The position numbers and the translations under genes were made by a program. Positions 10,340 through 23,430 of a DNA stretch of 64,000 nucleotides are shown in pieces. The DNA is from Octopus bimaculoides (lineage: Eukaryota). Below the pieces are notes generated by a model that did not search any database, had not been told where the DNA came from, and saw nothing but the letters and a program-made list of their open reading frames with translations. The stretch is from NCBI RefSeq assembly GCF_001194135.2, contig NC_068984.1:142539908-142603907 (forward strand), in the 5' to 3' direction. Every line of letters begins with the position of its first letter. The first letter of the stretch is position 1.

Positions 10340-11710
10340 TCATATATGCGTGTGTATATGTATATATATATATAAATGTACATACATAATTACATACACA
10401 TATACATAAAACTACAAGAATATTCTGTGTATATATAAATATGTATGTATATATGTATGTCTACATGTGTATATGTATGTATATATATTTGTACATGTAT
10501 GTGCATGTATACATATTCCGACACACACACACACACATGTACGCAGTTATCTTGAAAGGATCTGCCATGTCAGACATGAGGAATATGAGAAAAGTCATAA
10601 AGAAAACCACTTCAGTCCTAAAAACTAAAACACCTCAGATTATATTTAAGACAATTCCAACAGAGTGTGAAATATTAAATTCGCTATTTGCTTATTTACA
10701 GTAATTTTACTTGTTGTTGTTGTCGTTTTATTTTTTGTTATTTGTTGTTCGTGTTGTAGTTCTTGTTGTTCTGTTGATATTCTCCATCTTGGTGGTGATT
10801 TCATGTATTTTTATTATATTTTTGTCTTCTTCATGCTGCGCTGACTTATGTACGAAGCAATACATCTATATAACTACCTACGTACCTATGTGTATGACAG
10901 CATGTACGTATGAATATATATGTAACGATGTACGTTTGTAGCTGTCTATATATGTATATATATGAGGCTATACATGTACGTATGTAAGTATATATTCGTA
11001 TGTCTGTGTTTATGCAGTTACAGATGTATATATATTTATNNNNNNNNNNNNNNNNNNNNNNNNNNNNNNNNNNNNNNNNNNNNNNNNNNNNNNNNNNNNN
11101 NNNNNNNNNNNNNNNNNNNNNNNNNNNNNNNNNNNNNNNNNNNNNNNNNNNNNNNNNNNNNNNNNNNNNNNNNNNNNNNNNNNNNNNNNNNNNNNNNNNN
11201 NNNNNNNNNNNNNNNNNNNNNNNNNNNNNNNNNNNNNNNNNNNNNNNNNNNNNNNNNNNNNNNNNNNNNNNNNNNNNNNNNNNNNNNNNNNNNNNNNNNN
11301 NNNNNNNNNNNNNNNNNNNNNNNNNNNNNNNNNNNNNNNNNNNNNNNNNNNNNNNNNNNNNNNNNNNNNNNNNNNNNNNNNNNNNNNNNNNNNNNNNNNN
11401 NNNNNNNNNNNNNNNNNNNNNNNNNNNNNNNNNNNNNNNNNNNNNNNNNNNNNNNNNNNNNNNNNNNNNNNNNNNNNNNNNNNNNNNNNNNNNNNNNNNN
11501 NNNNNNNNNNNNNNNNNNNNNNNNNNNNNNNNNNNNNNNNNNNNNNNNNNNNNNNNNNNNNNNNNNNNNNNNNNNNNNNNNNNNNNNNNNNNNNNNNNNN
11601 NNNNNNNNNNNNNNNNNNNNNNNNNNNNNNNNNNNNNNNNNNNNNNNNNNNNNNNNNNNNNNNNNNNNNNNNNNNNNNNNNNNNNNNNNNNNNNNNNNNN
11701 NNNNNNNNNN

Positions 11711-11742
<32 letters not shown>

Positions 11743-11997
11743 AACACACATGTATATATGCATATATTAATATATCCGCATACATGCATGTGTTCTTATA
11801 TGAAGCTTAAATATGAATATATATTCATATATATATATATACGTGCTTGCGTATATAGTATATACCTATGATAGTTATACATACAGGTATATATGTGTGT
11901 GTGTAATGTGTGCGTAAAGTGAAAGAGATAGAGAGGAATATGTAGAGATATAGGATACAGAGAGATAAGTACATACACACTCTTGTATATGTGAGTG

Positions 11998-12011
11998 ATC
12001 ATATAAATACC

Positions 12012-12068
<57 letters not shown>
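11998..12068. repeat. (GATA)n microsatellite
   Basis: Directly visible. Other GATA/TATC arrays lie near 17835-17882, 18710-18835, 27880-27955, 45380-45455 and 48435-48465. Confidence 0.95.
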
Positions 12069-12706
12069 CAGGAGCAATATATATAATTATATACAAATAT
12101 AAATAAGATTCATTTGAATCAAGTACATAAATTAAGTACTTTATGTATTGATACCCGGACATCCACGTTACTTATTTACTTTTTATAAATAAACACACAC
12201 ACACGCACGCACACACGCACGCACACACACACACACGCACGCACACACATATATATTGCAAAATCCACAGGCATACGTATGTATGCACTTGCATATATGC
12301 ATAAGACGTTATCTATACACACATTTTCAATAGAGTGCATATTGTTTTACTTGTATAGATTTTGTATTCATGCATGTCTACTATTTCTTTTATATACAAT
12401 ATCTGTGCTCCTGCTCACATGGAACGAAAGATTATTATGATAGCATGAAATTGTAACATTATCACTAAAAATCAGGTTATGATTCGCATAAGAGAAACCG
12501 GTCGACTATGTAGATATATTATTTCACAAAAACATGTATATATGTGTGGGTGTTTTCTTTTTGTTGAACATAATAATATTTATTTGCATTTTCCTTCTTA
12601 TATTTTTCGCTACAATTCACACCGTTGAATTTTTTGTCGGAAATTTTCACTGTAATGCATGCACACATAACAGATGTATATACATATATACATACATATA
12701 AGTGTG

Positions 12707-12754
<48 letters not shown>

Positions 12755-13677
12755 NNNNNNNNNNNNNNNNNNNNNNNNNNNNNNNNNNNNNNNNNNNNNN
12801 NNNNNNNNNNNNNNNNNNNNNNNNNNNNNNNNNNNNNNNNNNNNNNNNNNNNNNNNNNNNNNNNNNNNNNNNNNNNNNNNNNNNNNNNNNNNNNNNNNNN
12901 NNNNNNNNNNNNNNNNNNNNNNNNNNNNNNNNNNNNNNNNNNNNNNNNNNNNNNNNNNNNNNNNNNNNNNNNNNNNNNNNNNNNNNNNNNNNNNNNNNNN
13001 NNNNNNNNNNNNNNNNNNNNNNNNNNNNNNNNNNNNNNNNNNNNNNNNNNNNNNNNNNNNNNNNNNNNNNNNNNNNNNNNNNNNNNNNNNNNNNNNNNNN
13101 NNNNNNNNNNNNNNNNNNNNNNNNNNNNNNNNNNNNNNNNNNNNNNNNNNNNNNNNNNNNNNNNNNNNNNNNNNNNNNNNNNNNNNNNNNNNNNNNNNNN
13201 NNNNNNNNNNNNNNNNNNNNNNNNNNNNNNNNNNNNNNNNNNNNNNNNNNNNNNNNNNNNNNNNNNNNNNNNNNNNNNNNNNNNNNNNNNNNNNNNNNNN
13301 NNNNNNNNNNNNNNNNNNNNNNNNNNNNNNNNNNNNNNNNNNNNNNNNNNNNNNNNNNNNNNNNNNNNNNNNNNNNNNNNNNNNNNNNNNNNNNNNNNNN
13401 NNNNNNNNNNNNNNNNNNNNNNNNNNNNNNNNNNNNNNNNNNNNNNNNNNNNNNNNNNNNNNNNNNNNNNNNNNNNNNNNNNNNNNNNNNNNNNNNNNNN
13501 NNNNNNNNNNNNNNNNNNNNNNNNNNNNNNNNNNNNNNNNNNNNNNNNNNNNNNNNNNNNNNNNNNNNNNNNNNNNNNNNNNNNNNNNNNNNNNNNNNNN
13601 NNNNNNNNNNNNNNNNNNNNNNNNNNNNNNNNNNNNNNNNNNNNNNNNNNNNNNNNNNNNNNNNNNNNNNNNNNNNN

Positions 13678-13736
<59 letters not shown>

Positions 13737-14338
13737 CACATGCATACAAACAAACATACGTGCGTACATACATACATACATATACATACACACCCACAAT
13801 CGTTACCATCTTATCTATTTAATAAGCACTTTTTCCGATACCTCAGTACGTGCAGTTGATAATAAATATAAAACTACATTTAACATTTTCAAAGAACTCA
13901 AAGTGTTCTTTTTGGTGTTTCGATTTTCTTTTGATTTTAAAGGTCAAACGAACCTGAAAAGGTCAACATCAACATATTTGGAAGCTCACTTAATTCCAGT
14001 ATACAATTATTAAGTTAGAGTTTCTGTTCAAATTTATTTCAGTTTATTTATGTATTTGTTTATTTGTATGTTTGTTTTCAGTAGGTATGTATGTCTGGCT
14101 AGCTGTATGTGTATGTCTACCTAGGTTTCTGTGTCTACGTATGCATGTCTATTTCAGCGTGGTGGAGTCACACATATATATGCATACGTACATAATACAT
14201 ACATACATATATATGTACTTGCATATATATATATGCAAACACACATGCACGCATGTTTTCACACACATATATACATATATCTGCAAATGTGTAAACAGTA
14301 CACATACTCATATATGTGTGTGTCTATATATATACATA

Positions 14339-14388
<50 letters not shown>

Positions 14389-14867
14389 NNNNNNNNNNNN
14401 NNNNNNNNNNNNNNNNNNNNNNNNNNNNNNNNNNNNNNNNNNNNNNNNNNNNNNNNNNNNNNNNNNNNNNNNNNNNNNNNNNNNNNNNNNNNNNNNNNNN
14501 NNNNNNNNNNNNNNNNNNNNNNNNNNNNNNNNNNNNNNNNNNNNNNNNNNNNNNNNNNNNNNNNNNNNNNNNNNNNNNNNNNNNNNNNNNNNNNNNNNNN
14601 NNNNNNNNNNNNNNNNNNNNNNNNNNNNNNNNNNNNNNNNNNNNNNNNNNNNNNNNNNNNNNNNNNNNNNNNNNNNNNNNNNNNNNNNNNNNNNNNNNNN
14701 NNNNNNNNNNNNNNNNNNNNNNNNNNNNNNNNNNNNNNNNNNNNNNNNNNNNNNNNNNNNNNNNNNNNNNNNNNNNNNNNNNNNNNNNNNNNNNNNNNNN
14801 NNNNNNNNNNNNNNNNNNNNNNNNNNNNNNNNNNNNNNNNNNNNNNNNNNNNNNNNNNNNNNNNNNN

Positions 14868-14909
<42 letters not shown>

Positions 14910-15214
14910 GCACGTATATTTGTGCGCGCGTGTGTGTATGAGCGTGTGAGAGAGAGAGAGTGTGTGTGTGTGTGTGTATGTGTGTGTGCATGTATGCAAT
15001 ATATTTGCGGTCCGAAAACTGGTTTGGATCTTGTGTTGGAATTTCAGGGACGGATTTTCAGCAGTCTTAAACCCATTGGCTAGATGGATTTGCATAACAC
15101 ATTCTCGGTAGCTTGTTCTCATTAATGTATTACCTATTTGTTAACAGGCATTTATTTTACAACTATTCCTTAATATAGAAGAGATACTATAATATAAAAG
15201 TCTATATTCGTCTG

Positions 15215-15340
15215 TCTTTACGTTCGATTTTGCCTTTCATTCATTCGAGGTCGATAAATCAAGTACCACTTGCGTACTAGGGTCGATCTAATCGACGGGC
15301 CACTCCACAAATTTCGGGCCTTGTGCCTACAGTAAAAAAG
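15215..15340 (+). mobile_element. SINE family A, 3' half
   Basis: gattttgcctttcattcattcgaggtcgataaatcaagtaccac...gggtcgatctaatcgac...aaatttcgggccttgtgcc. Confidence 0.75.
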
Positions 15341-15455
15341 AATATAAAAGTGTGTATATTTAAGTAAGGCATGCTCCTTGCTTGTCTTAAGAAGAAATCT
15401 TAGAGTCGTATTTAATTACAGTTATATCTGTGAAGACCTAACAATTTCATTATTT

Positions 15456-15728
15456 AACAAGGGCACCCAGAGAGCGCAAACGTCCGCCATGGCATCACCA
15501 ACATTCTCTCAATGATTAGCTAGAGATGATTTTTAAACTTAGAATATCTGAAATAAACTTGACTGCTCTCACAAACGAGAATACTAAAAATGAATCCATT
15601 CGCTCTCAATAATTAAGTAAAAAAAAAGTGAAAGAATAATCCAGTATCCTAATCCAGCACCGGATCGATCCCAAAATCTAATCAGTCCGTGCCAGTCACG
15701 AGGTCAAACATCCCTGAAAGTTTCATCC
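15456..15728. repeat. Unclassified interspersed repeat with internal palindrome GGATCGATCC (15662-15671)
   Basis: Begins aacaagggcacccagagagcgcaaac. Resembles, from memory, a molluscan AACAAG-initiated non-autonomous element; not verifiable here. Confidence 0.35.
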
Positions 15729-15979
15729 TGGGGTAGATTTGTTCGGCGAAAGGTGGTGCTCCAGCATGGCCGGAATCATACAAATGAAATCGTAAAAAGA
15801 ATAAAAGAAAAGAACAATGAATTAGAGTGGAGACTAACAGAATTGTTAGATGGTGCCTGACGAGATGTGCTACGGTTTTTTTTTCCGGCTATTCACAGTC
15901 TCGGAGCAAATAGCATCAAGCTCAACATTGCTTTTCTTCGCTTCAGGGATGATAACATATCGTTCAAGCTAATTGTCAT

Positions 15980-16285
15980 TCGGTCGGTTATGATGATGAG
16001 GGCTTTACTGTTAATCGGATCGATGGAACAGTCGGCTCATGAAAATAACATACAAGTGGCCGAGCACTCCACAGACACGCGAACTCTTAATGTAGTTCTC
16101 AGGGAAATTCAGCGTGACACAGAATGTGACAAAGGCTGGCGCTTTAAAATACAGGTATTACTCGTCTTTGTCAGTAGAATGGACTGGATCAAGGTGAAAT
16201 AAAATGTCTTGCTCAAGGACACAACGCACCATCGGGAATCGAACACAGGACCTTGCGATTGGGAGTGGAGAGCCCTAACAACTAA
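15980..16285 (-). mobile_element. SINE family B
   Basis: Colinear with 4630-4936 (gagcactccacagacac...gtagttctcagggaaattcagcgtgacacagaatgtgacaa...tcttgctcaaggacacaacg). Confidence 0.85.
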
Positions 16286-17231
16286 CCTTATGACTTCACT
16301 AATGTGGCTGATACAATTAACTAATTGCTCTTCTCTAAATGCCTGCTGTTGTTCATAAGTTTGAAATCACAGCTCATTAATCACAGCTCATTAAACGTCT
16401 GCGTTCATTGTTGTAGGGGGTTTGTTTTACTGGTCTTTTCTGGTCGTATTCAAATATTTCTGCATAGTTGTTCTTATAAGTTTGCGTTGGATCGCTTCAA
16501 CACATGAACTCACATAAAGAACCTTGCAAACTAAACCCCAAAATGATATATATATATATATATATATAGATATAAACCGAGATACTACTGTATTAAATGA
16601 ATATGGGAAAGACAAGAGATAAAGTAGGAATTATTCGTGATCAGTGTTATTTGAGAACCGAGGTTCTACTGTAGTTCTATTTCGTATGTCCTAGTCTTGA
16701 GGATTAGATTAAGCTAATTCTCGCTGAAGTATTTAAATGTACTCAATTCTTAACCACCCTATCAGTGAAACAAGGTAAATGTTTTCATTTTTCATTCCCA
16801 TCGAAATTGATTTTAACTGTGGTTTGGACTATTTCCCTGTTCCTTCTAGCATGTAAAGCGACCTGTTACGGTTCACCTCTTTTTGTGCTTAAAGATAATA
16901 CACTAATTTTATATCAAAAATATGTCTATCTTCTATATATTTAGCCATTCATTGACCAGTGCGGTGCCCTTGCATCCTTCCTGTCTTTTTCGCTTTTCTT
17001 TTCTTTTGCAACCGTACGGCGCAAAATCAAGATTTGACTGCTATTTTTAGTTGGCCGACATAACACGTACAACCCCATTCGCAATGTTTTCGTAACATAT
17101 ATAATATGTTTTAACAATAGTGAGGCTGTTCTTATTTTCATTCTGCTTTTGTTGTTGATATTGTCGATGTTATCTTTGAGGAGGTTGTTCATGATTGTGT
17201 CACCACCACCACTACTATCATCACCATCGCT

Positions 17232-17290
<59 letters not shown>

Positions 17291-17831
17291 TATTATTATT
17301 GACAATTTGGAGACGCATACGTAAGGAAAATTACCGGAAAATTTCTACCAAACTACCGGTAGTAATTCGTATATTCCATCCACCACTACATCTCCGCGCC
17401 ACAGTTACTCCATCTTGACAAACAATACAGTATTTGCCGGGAAAATAGCCATATGCAAATAACTGAGGATAGTAGACAATTAATTATTGTGTTTACATCA
17501 ACAATCACTTCGGAAATATATTCGGAAATTTCCAGAATATTCATGAATTTTATCCCAAGAGGATATGGGAATTTATTTTTACTTTATTCGCCTTCATTTT
17601 CTGGTCTTTTCTCGTGTTTTCTCATATGTTTTTATATTACTTTTTTTCTGCCCGCCACCCACCCATTTTGTCCTACCTGAATAATGTATATATATAAACG
17701 GGAAATGTGTGTACAGTTAAATAGCTGCTACCGCCATTTTTTATGGTATTTAATTCGGTAAATATGTATGTGTTTTGTCGTTGTTAAGGTGGTGAATCTC
17801 ACCTCTTCTCCCCTCTGTCTCTTACTCTCCG

Positions 17832-17882
<51 letters not shown>

Positions 17883-18754
17883 TTATGTGTTTATATATAT
17901 GTATATATATAAATGTATATATATATATATATAAATATGTATGTGTATATATATATATANNNNNNNNNNNNNNNNNNNNNNNNNNNNNNNNNNNNNNNNN
18001 NNNNNNNNNNNNNNNNNNNNNNNNNNNNNNNNNNNNNNNNNNNNNNNNNNNNNNNNNNNNNNNNNNNNNNNNNNNNNNNNNNNNNNNNNNNNNNNNNNNN
18101 NNNNNNNNNNNNNNNNNNNNNNNNNNNNNNNNNNNNNNNNNNNNNNNNNNNNNNNNNNNNNNNNNNNNNNNNNNNNNNNNNNNNNNNNNNNNNNNNNNNN
18201 NNNNNNNNNNNNNNNNNNNNNNNNNNNNNNNNNNNNNNNNNNNNNNNNNNNNNNNNNNNNNNNNNNNNNNNNNNNNNNNNNNNNNNNNNNNNNNNNNNNN
18301 NNNNNNNNNNNNNNNNNNNNNNNNNNNNNNNNNNNNNNNNNNNNNNNNNNNNNNNNNNNNNNNNNNNNNNNNNNNNNNNNNNNNNNNNNNNNNNNNNNNN
18401 NNNNNNNNNNNNNNNNNNNNNNNNNNNNNNNNNNNNNNNNNNNNNNNNNNNNNNNNNNNNNNNNNNNNNNNNNNNNNNNNNNNNNNNNNNNNNNNNNNNN
18501 NNNNNNNNNNNNNNNNNNNNNNNNNNNNNNNNNNNNNNNNNNNNNNNNNNNNNNNNNNNNNNNNNNNNNNNNNNNNNNNNNNNNNNNNNNNNNNNNNNNN
18601 TGGAGCAAAATATGTAAGTGGAGATGATACAATGAAGAAAAAAAAAAGGAGAGAGAAACAAAAATAGAAGTTACTGGAAAAGATTAGCTGCGAAGAAGTA
18701 AAGGGAAAAGATAGACAGACAGACAGATAGATAAATAGAGAGATAGATAGATAA

Positions 18755-18829
<75 letters not shown>

Positions 18830-19110
18830 GATATGTGGCCACAGAAACAGATTAGGGCATAGATAGCTAGATAGATAGAAAAAAAAGATAGTCATAGATT
18901 ATTGGCTTGAGGGAAAGTTACTATGATGTTTTGTATAAACAGAGCTTTAAGCAAACGAGAAATTTTGACCTTTCTCTATAAAAGAACACTTACAAAAGAC
19001 GAAAAATAATAAACCTGAGTTTAGCATTACTTTTAGTGTATCTTTGTGAGACTTATGCTGGAGCTGTCTTTTACAGTTAATAAATCGTCTACTCTAGTTT
19101 CGATTCTCAC

Positions 19111-19216
19111 CTGATTCTGGTCTGAGAGTATTCTAACACTTATGATGTTTATACTAAATGGGTTAGTCGCAAGATCGTATTTTACCCAGAGTAACGAAAT
19201 ATCATTGACATCATTA
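19111..19216 (-). CDS. Candidate internal exon, phase 2-0, 106 nt, possibly the second half of a degenerate cadherin-like repeat
   Basis: Acceptor ttgttattctgctttgcag and donor cag|gtgaga. The single open frame reads NDVNDISLLWVKYDLATNPFSINIISVRILSDQNQ. Confidence 0.4.
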
Positions 19217-19285
19217 CTGCAAAGCAGAATAACAAGCTTTATTTCATTGTAGTGAGGTGAGAGTATTGGTCACTGCCTTCCGTTC

Positions 19286-20137
19286 AGGTGGTACCAAAAA
19301 GTTCCCGGACTAGATATGTTTAATAAAAAATAACATGTCACCTTGCATAGCAATACACTGGCACATTTGGAATCTGACCTGGATGTCGTTTTCCATAAGC
19401 GAGTCGAGGACCTTCTGTGATTCAATTTTGATCTCGACAACGATGCTAAAAAGGCGACCAGTGAGCTGCCTTGTCATTTTCGGGAATGAGATGGAAGACC
19501 GCAGGCGCTATATATCTGGCGAATACGGTGGGCGCGGAGACGACAGAATGTTGTTTTTGGCGAGAAACTCACGCGTGAGAAAAGGTTGGTGGCAGGCTCA
19601 ATTGACGTCGTGAAGAATTCACTTCTTCACGCTCCACAGATCCGGGAACTTACGCCGAATGTCCTCCCTCAAACGCGTCAAAGATTCTACGATTTTCCTC
19701 CGATGACGCTCATACGCAAACCGAGGAATGTTCTCCACATTTCCGAGTGTGACGCTCGTACAGGTCTTCCAGATCTCTCATCGCCTTTCAGGAAAGTCCT
19801 TCCAGTTTTGAAGCGCCCGAAACATTGCGTACAACTCATTGCCTTGTCACCGTAAGCTTGCCAAAGCTTGCTCAATGTCTCTGTAGAAGACTTCGCAAGT
19901 TTCATGCAAAATTTCACATTGCCACTTTGTTCCAACTTCCTATCCATGACAAAAATCGCGGACTGCAGCATACAGGTGATTACAGAATCACAAATATCCC
20001 TAACAAAGTTAACACAGTGATATCACTCTACACACTGTCTGATGAATGTCACTGCTAGCTCTCACTGCGTACTAAACCGTCGGCTGCATTCAGTTGGCGC
20101 GCTACAGAACTAGTCCAAGAAGAATTTGATACCACCT
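19286..20137 (-). mobile_element. Mariner-family DNA transposon, internally deleted, both TIRs present
   Basis: TIRs aggtggtaccaaaaagttcccggactag (19286-19313) and the reverse complement of 20110-20137 match at about 22/28. Transposase remnants: MDRKLEQSGNVKFCMKLAKSSTETL...DERSGRP, then ILHD...REFLAKNNILSSPRPPYSPD...FPKM...CIAMQGD. Confidence 0.92.
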
Positions 20138-20830
20138 CGCAGATCGACAGTTATCACAGTCTATAACCAAGCTATGTCAAAGACTGATGCAATTAAAGTC
20201 TCTTCTGTCACAAAGATTTACCATTATCACGACTAATATCAACCGCACCATTTCCACAATCACCATTATTGCAAGCATGCCCCCCCCCACGCGCATTACA
20301 CCACCAGTGCCTCGTGTACAACACATTCCAACAACATCACAACCGACTTTATCAACAATACCAACTTCTTTAATATTACTTCCAAGCTGAATCCCCCACC
20401 AACACCCACCAAATCCATTTCACATTCCTTTTCTGGAGACGAATTCGTGGAAGATGCAAATTTTTCCAGAATTATCATAGAAACTATTCCGTTAATTTCA
20501 ATTTCGTTTGTGCAGACAGTAAGATAGCAAATATGGCGATAGTGCATCCGAATATGATTTTTGTGGATTTCGTTCAGAATTCTGAATTTAATTACTTCAA
20601 CCAATGAAGATATGAAGCAGGAAAGTAAAATGGAAAATGAAAAATGAAAGGAAAACGTACGATAACAACAACAGCAACAATATCGACGACAATATTGATG
20701 ATGATGAAGATGATGATGATGATGGTGATTCTTCTTTTTCCTTTTCCTTTTTCTTATTCTTGTAATACTATTAAATAGTTGTTGTTGTTGTTGTTGTTAT
20801 TATTATTATTATTATAAAATAATAATAATA

Positions 20831-20869
<39 letters not shown>

Positions 20870-21080
20870 TAAATCATCGAAATAAAGACAAGAACGCTGT
20901 ATATATATATATACAGAAAATAATTACGATGATGATGAAATGGAGAGAAAGAGAGAGAAGGAGAGAGAGAGAGAGAGAGAGAACAAAGATAAAACTGTTT
21001 CGTGAGATTTAGAAATGTCTACGCCAAGATGGAAATTATATATTAATATTTCTATTCACATTAATAATAATAATAATAAT

Positions 21081-21129
<49 letters not shown>

Positions 21130-21276
21130 TTCTTTATATTGTCGTTGTTCTTCTTGTTTCAATCTGCATAAACATTATGCATAGTAATATTTCATTGGTT
21201 TCTATTATAAGACAATACTTGTGCGTTCATTCTAGAAACCAACAGCAGCAACAACAACAACAACATGAGAAATAAT

Positions 21277-21490
21277 ATTGGTTTCAAATTTTGGCACAAG
21301 GCCGGCAAATTCAGAGGAGGAGTGAATCGGTTGTATCGATCCCAATGCTCAACTAGTACTTATTTTATCGATCCCTAAAGGTTGAAAGGTAAGGCCGACC
21401 TCGACAGAATTTAAACTGAGAACACAAAGATGGAGTAAATGCTGCGAAACATTTAATCCGGCATGCTAACGATTCTGCTAATGAGATACC
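21277..21490 (-). mobile_element. SINE family A
   Basis: Reverse complement of the family A consensus seen at 21537 and 51022. Confidence 0.8.
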
Positions 21491-21536
21491 TTGCCCAAAA
21501 TAAAGAAACGTTTGTAGGGACATTTAGGAATGAGGC

Positions 21537-21810
21537 AAAGGCGGCGAGCTGGCAGAAACGTTAACACGCCGGGCGAAATGCTTTGCGGTATTTTGTCTGC
21601 CATTACGTTCTGAGTTCAAATTCCGCGGAGGTCGACTTTGTCTTTCATCCTTTCGGGGCCGATTAAATAAGTACCAGTTACGCACTGGGGTCGATATAAT
21701 CGGCTTAATCCGTTTGTCTGCCCTTGTTTGTCCCGTCTGTGTGTAGCCCCTTGTGGGCAGTAAAGAAATAAGAAACGTTAACACGCCGGGCGAAATGCCT
21801 AGCGGTATTT
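21537..21810 (+). mobile_element. SINE family A, well preserved, with head sequence repeated at the tail
   Basis: aaggcggcgagctggcagaaacgttaac...gagttcaaattcc (A- and B-box-like)...gtcgactttgtctttcatcctttcgggg. 21554-21581 is identical to 21771-21798. Confidence 0.9.
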
Positions 21811-22176
21811 AGGAGATAAAGATAGCCATTGCTATCATTGTTATACTACGGGCATTCATATATTTACTAGTCTATGCTACAATAGTAGTAGTAGTGGCGG
21901 TGGTGGTGATGATTTTGTGATACTTTTTAGCAGTAGTCTACATTCATAATTATTACCGCAGTATCTTCATGAGATGTTTTGGTCCTTCATTAAATTCATT
22001 TTAGTACAGTTTTGAAAATTATATTTTATTAAATTTTTATTTAATTTCTCAATTTGTTCCCTAAACACACACGCCGGCCATTAATTATGCACAGCGTACG
22101 TTGGAACGAAAGCAAATACAGGGGTTTGGGAGAATTATACGAAGAAAAAAACGTCACTTAAGGAAACAGTGATTAA

Positions 22177-22440
22177 AGGTAGAGGAGGAGGTAGAGGAGG
22201 AGGTAGAGGAGGAGGTAGAGGAGGAGGTAGAGGAGGAGGTAGAGGAGGAGGTAGAGGAGAAGGTAGAGGAGGAGGAAGGGAGGAGTAGTAGTAGTAGTAG
22301 TAGGAGGAGGAGGAGGAGGAGGNNNNNNNNNNNNNNNNNNNNNNNNNNNNNNNNGGAAGAAAAAGAAGAAGAAGAAGAAGAAAAAGAAGAAGAAGAAGAA
22401 AAAGAAGAAGAAGAAGAAGAAAAAGAAGAAGAAGAAGAAA

Positions 22441-22474
<34 letters not shown>

Positions 22475-22513
22475 AGAAGAAGAAGAAGAAGAAGAATAAG
22501 AAGAAGAAGAAGA
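22177..22513. repeat. 12-bp (AGGTAGAGGAGG) array followed by (GAA)n with periodic AAA interruptions
   Basis: About 7 copies of the 12-mer at 22177-22272; GAA array at 22356-22513. Confidence 0.95.
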
Positions 22514-23020
22514 AGCCGTACAAAGATTTATGGAATTGGTCGTGGTAGGCAAGGAATAGGAAGTTGACGGGAAGAACGGGAAGAACTCGACAAAAGAACA
22601 AGATCCAGAGAAGAATTATTAATAGTGACGGTGGTTGTGATAACGTTGCTAAAGCTGGAGCTGATGATGGTGATGCTGCTGCTGATGCTGATGATGATGA
22701 TGATGGTGGTGGTGATGATGACGATGAAGGTGACGATGATGATGGTGATGATGACGATGAAAGTGGTGACGACTGTTAATGACGAAGAATAATTACAGAA
22801 ATTTTTCTAATGATGATAATAAAACAAATTAAAGTTAACAAAATTAATAATAATAATTATTATACTGCTTCCTCTGAAATAAAAAAAATAATTAGTATTA
22901 ATATTATGCTCCTCCTTCTGCAATAATAATTAGAATAATAATAATAATAATGATAATTATAATAATAATTATTATTTTTATTATTATTATTATAATGTTA
23001 TCATCGTACTTCTTTTTCTT

Positions 23021-23085
<65 letters not shown>

Positions 23086-23086
23086 T

Positions 23087-23430
23087 AAGGCGGTGGGCTG
23101 GCGGAATTGTTAGCACGCCAAGCGAAATGTTTACCGCTGTTTCACCCGTCTTTACGTTCTGAGTTCAAATTCCGCCGAGGTTGACTTTGCGTTTCATCTT
23201 TCGAGGTCGATAAATTAAGTACCAGTGAAACACTGGAGGGTCGATGTAATCCACTTGTCCCCTTGCACCAAATTTCAGACGTTGTGCCTTTAGTAGAAAG
23301 CATTGTTATAATTATTAAGTTGCCGAGCTGGCAGAACCCTTAGCACGCCTAGGAATATACTTAGCAGCATTTCGTCCGTCTCCATGTTTTGTGCTTAAAT
23401 TCGTCCCATATCGATTTTGCTTTTCATCGA
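23087..23430 (+). mobile_element. SINE family A tandem dimer following (TAT)n
   Basis: Full copy from 23087, then a second head gccgagctggcagaacccttagcacgcc from about 23323. Confidence 0.85.
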
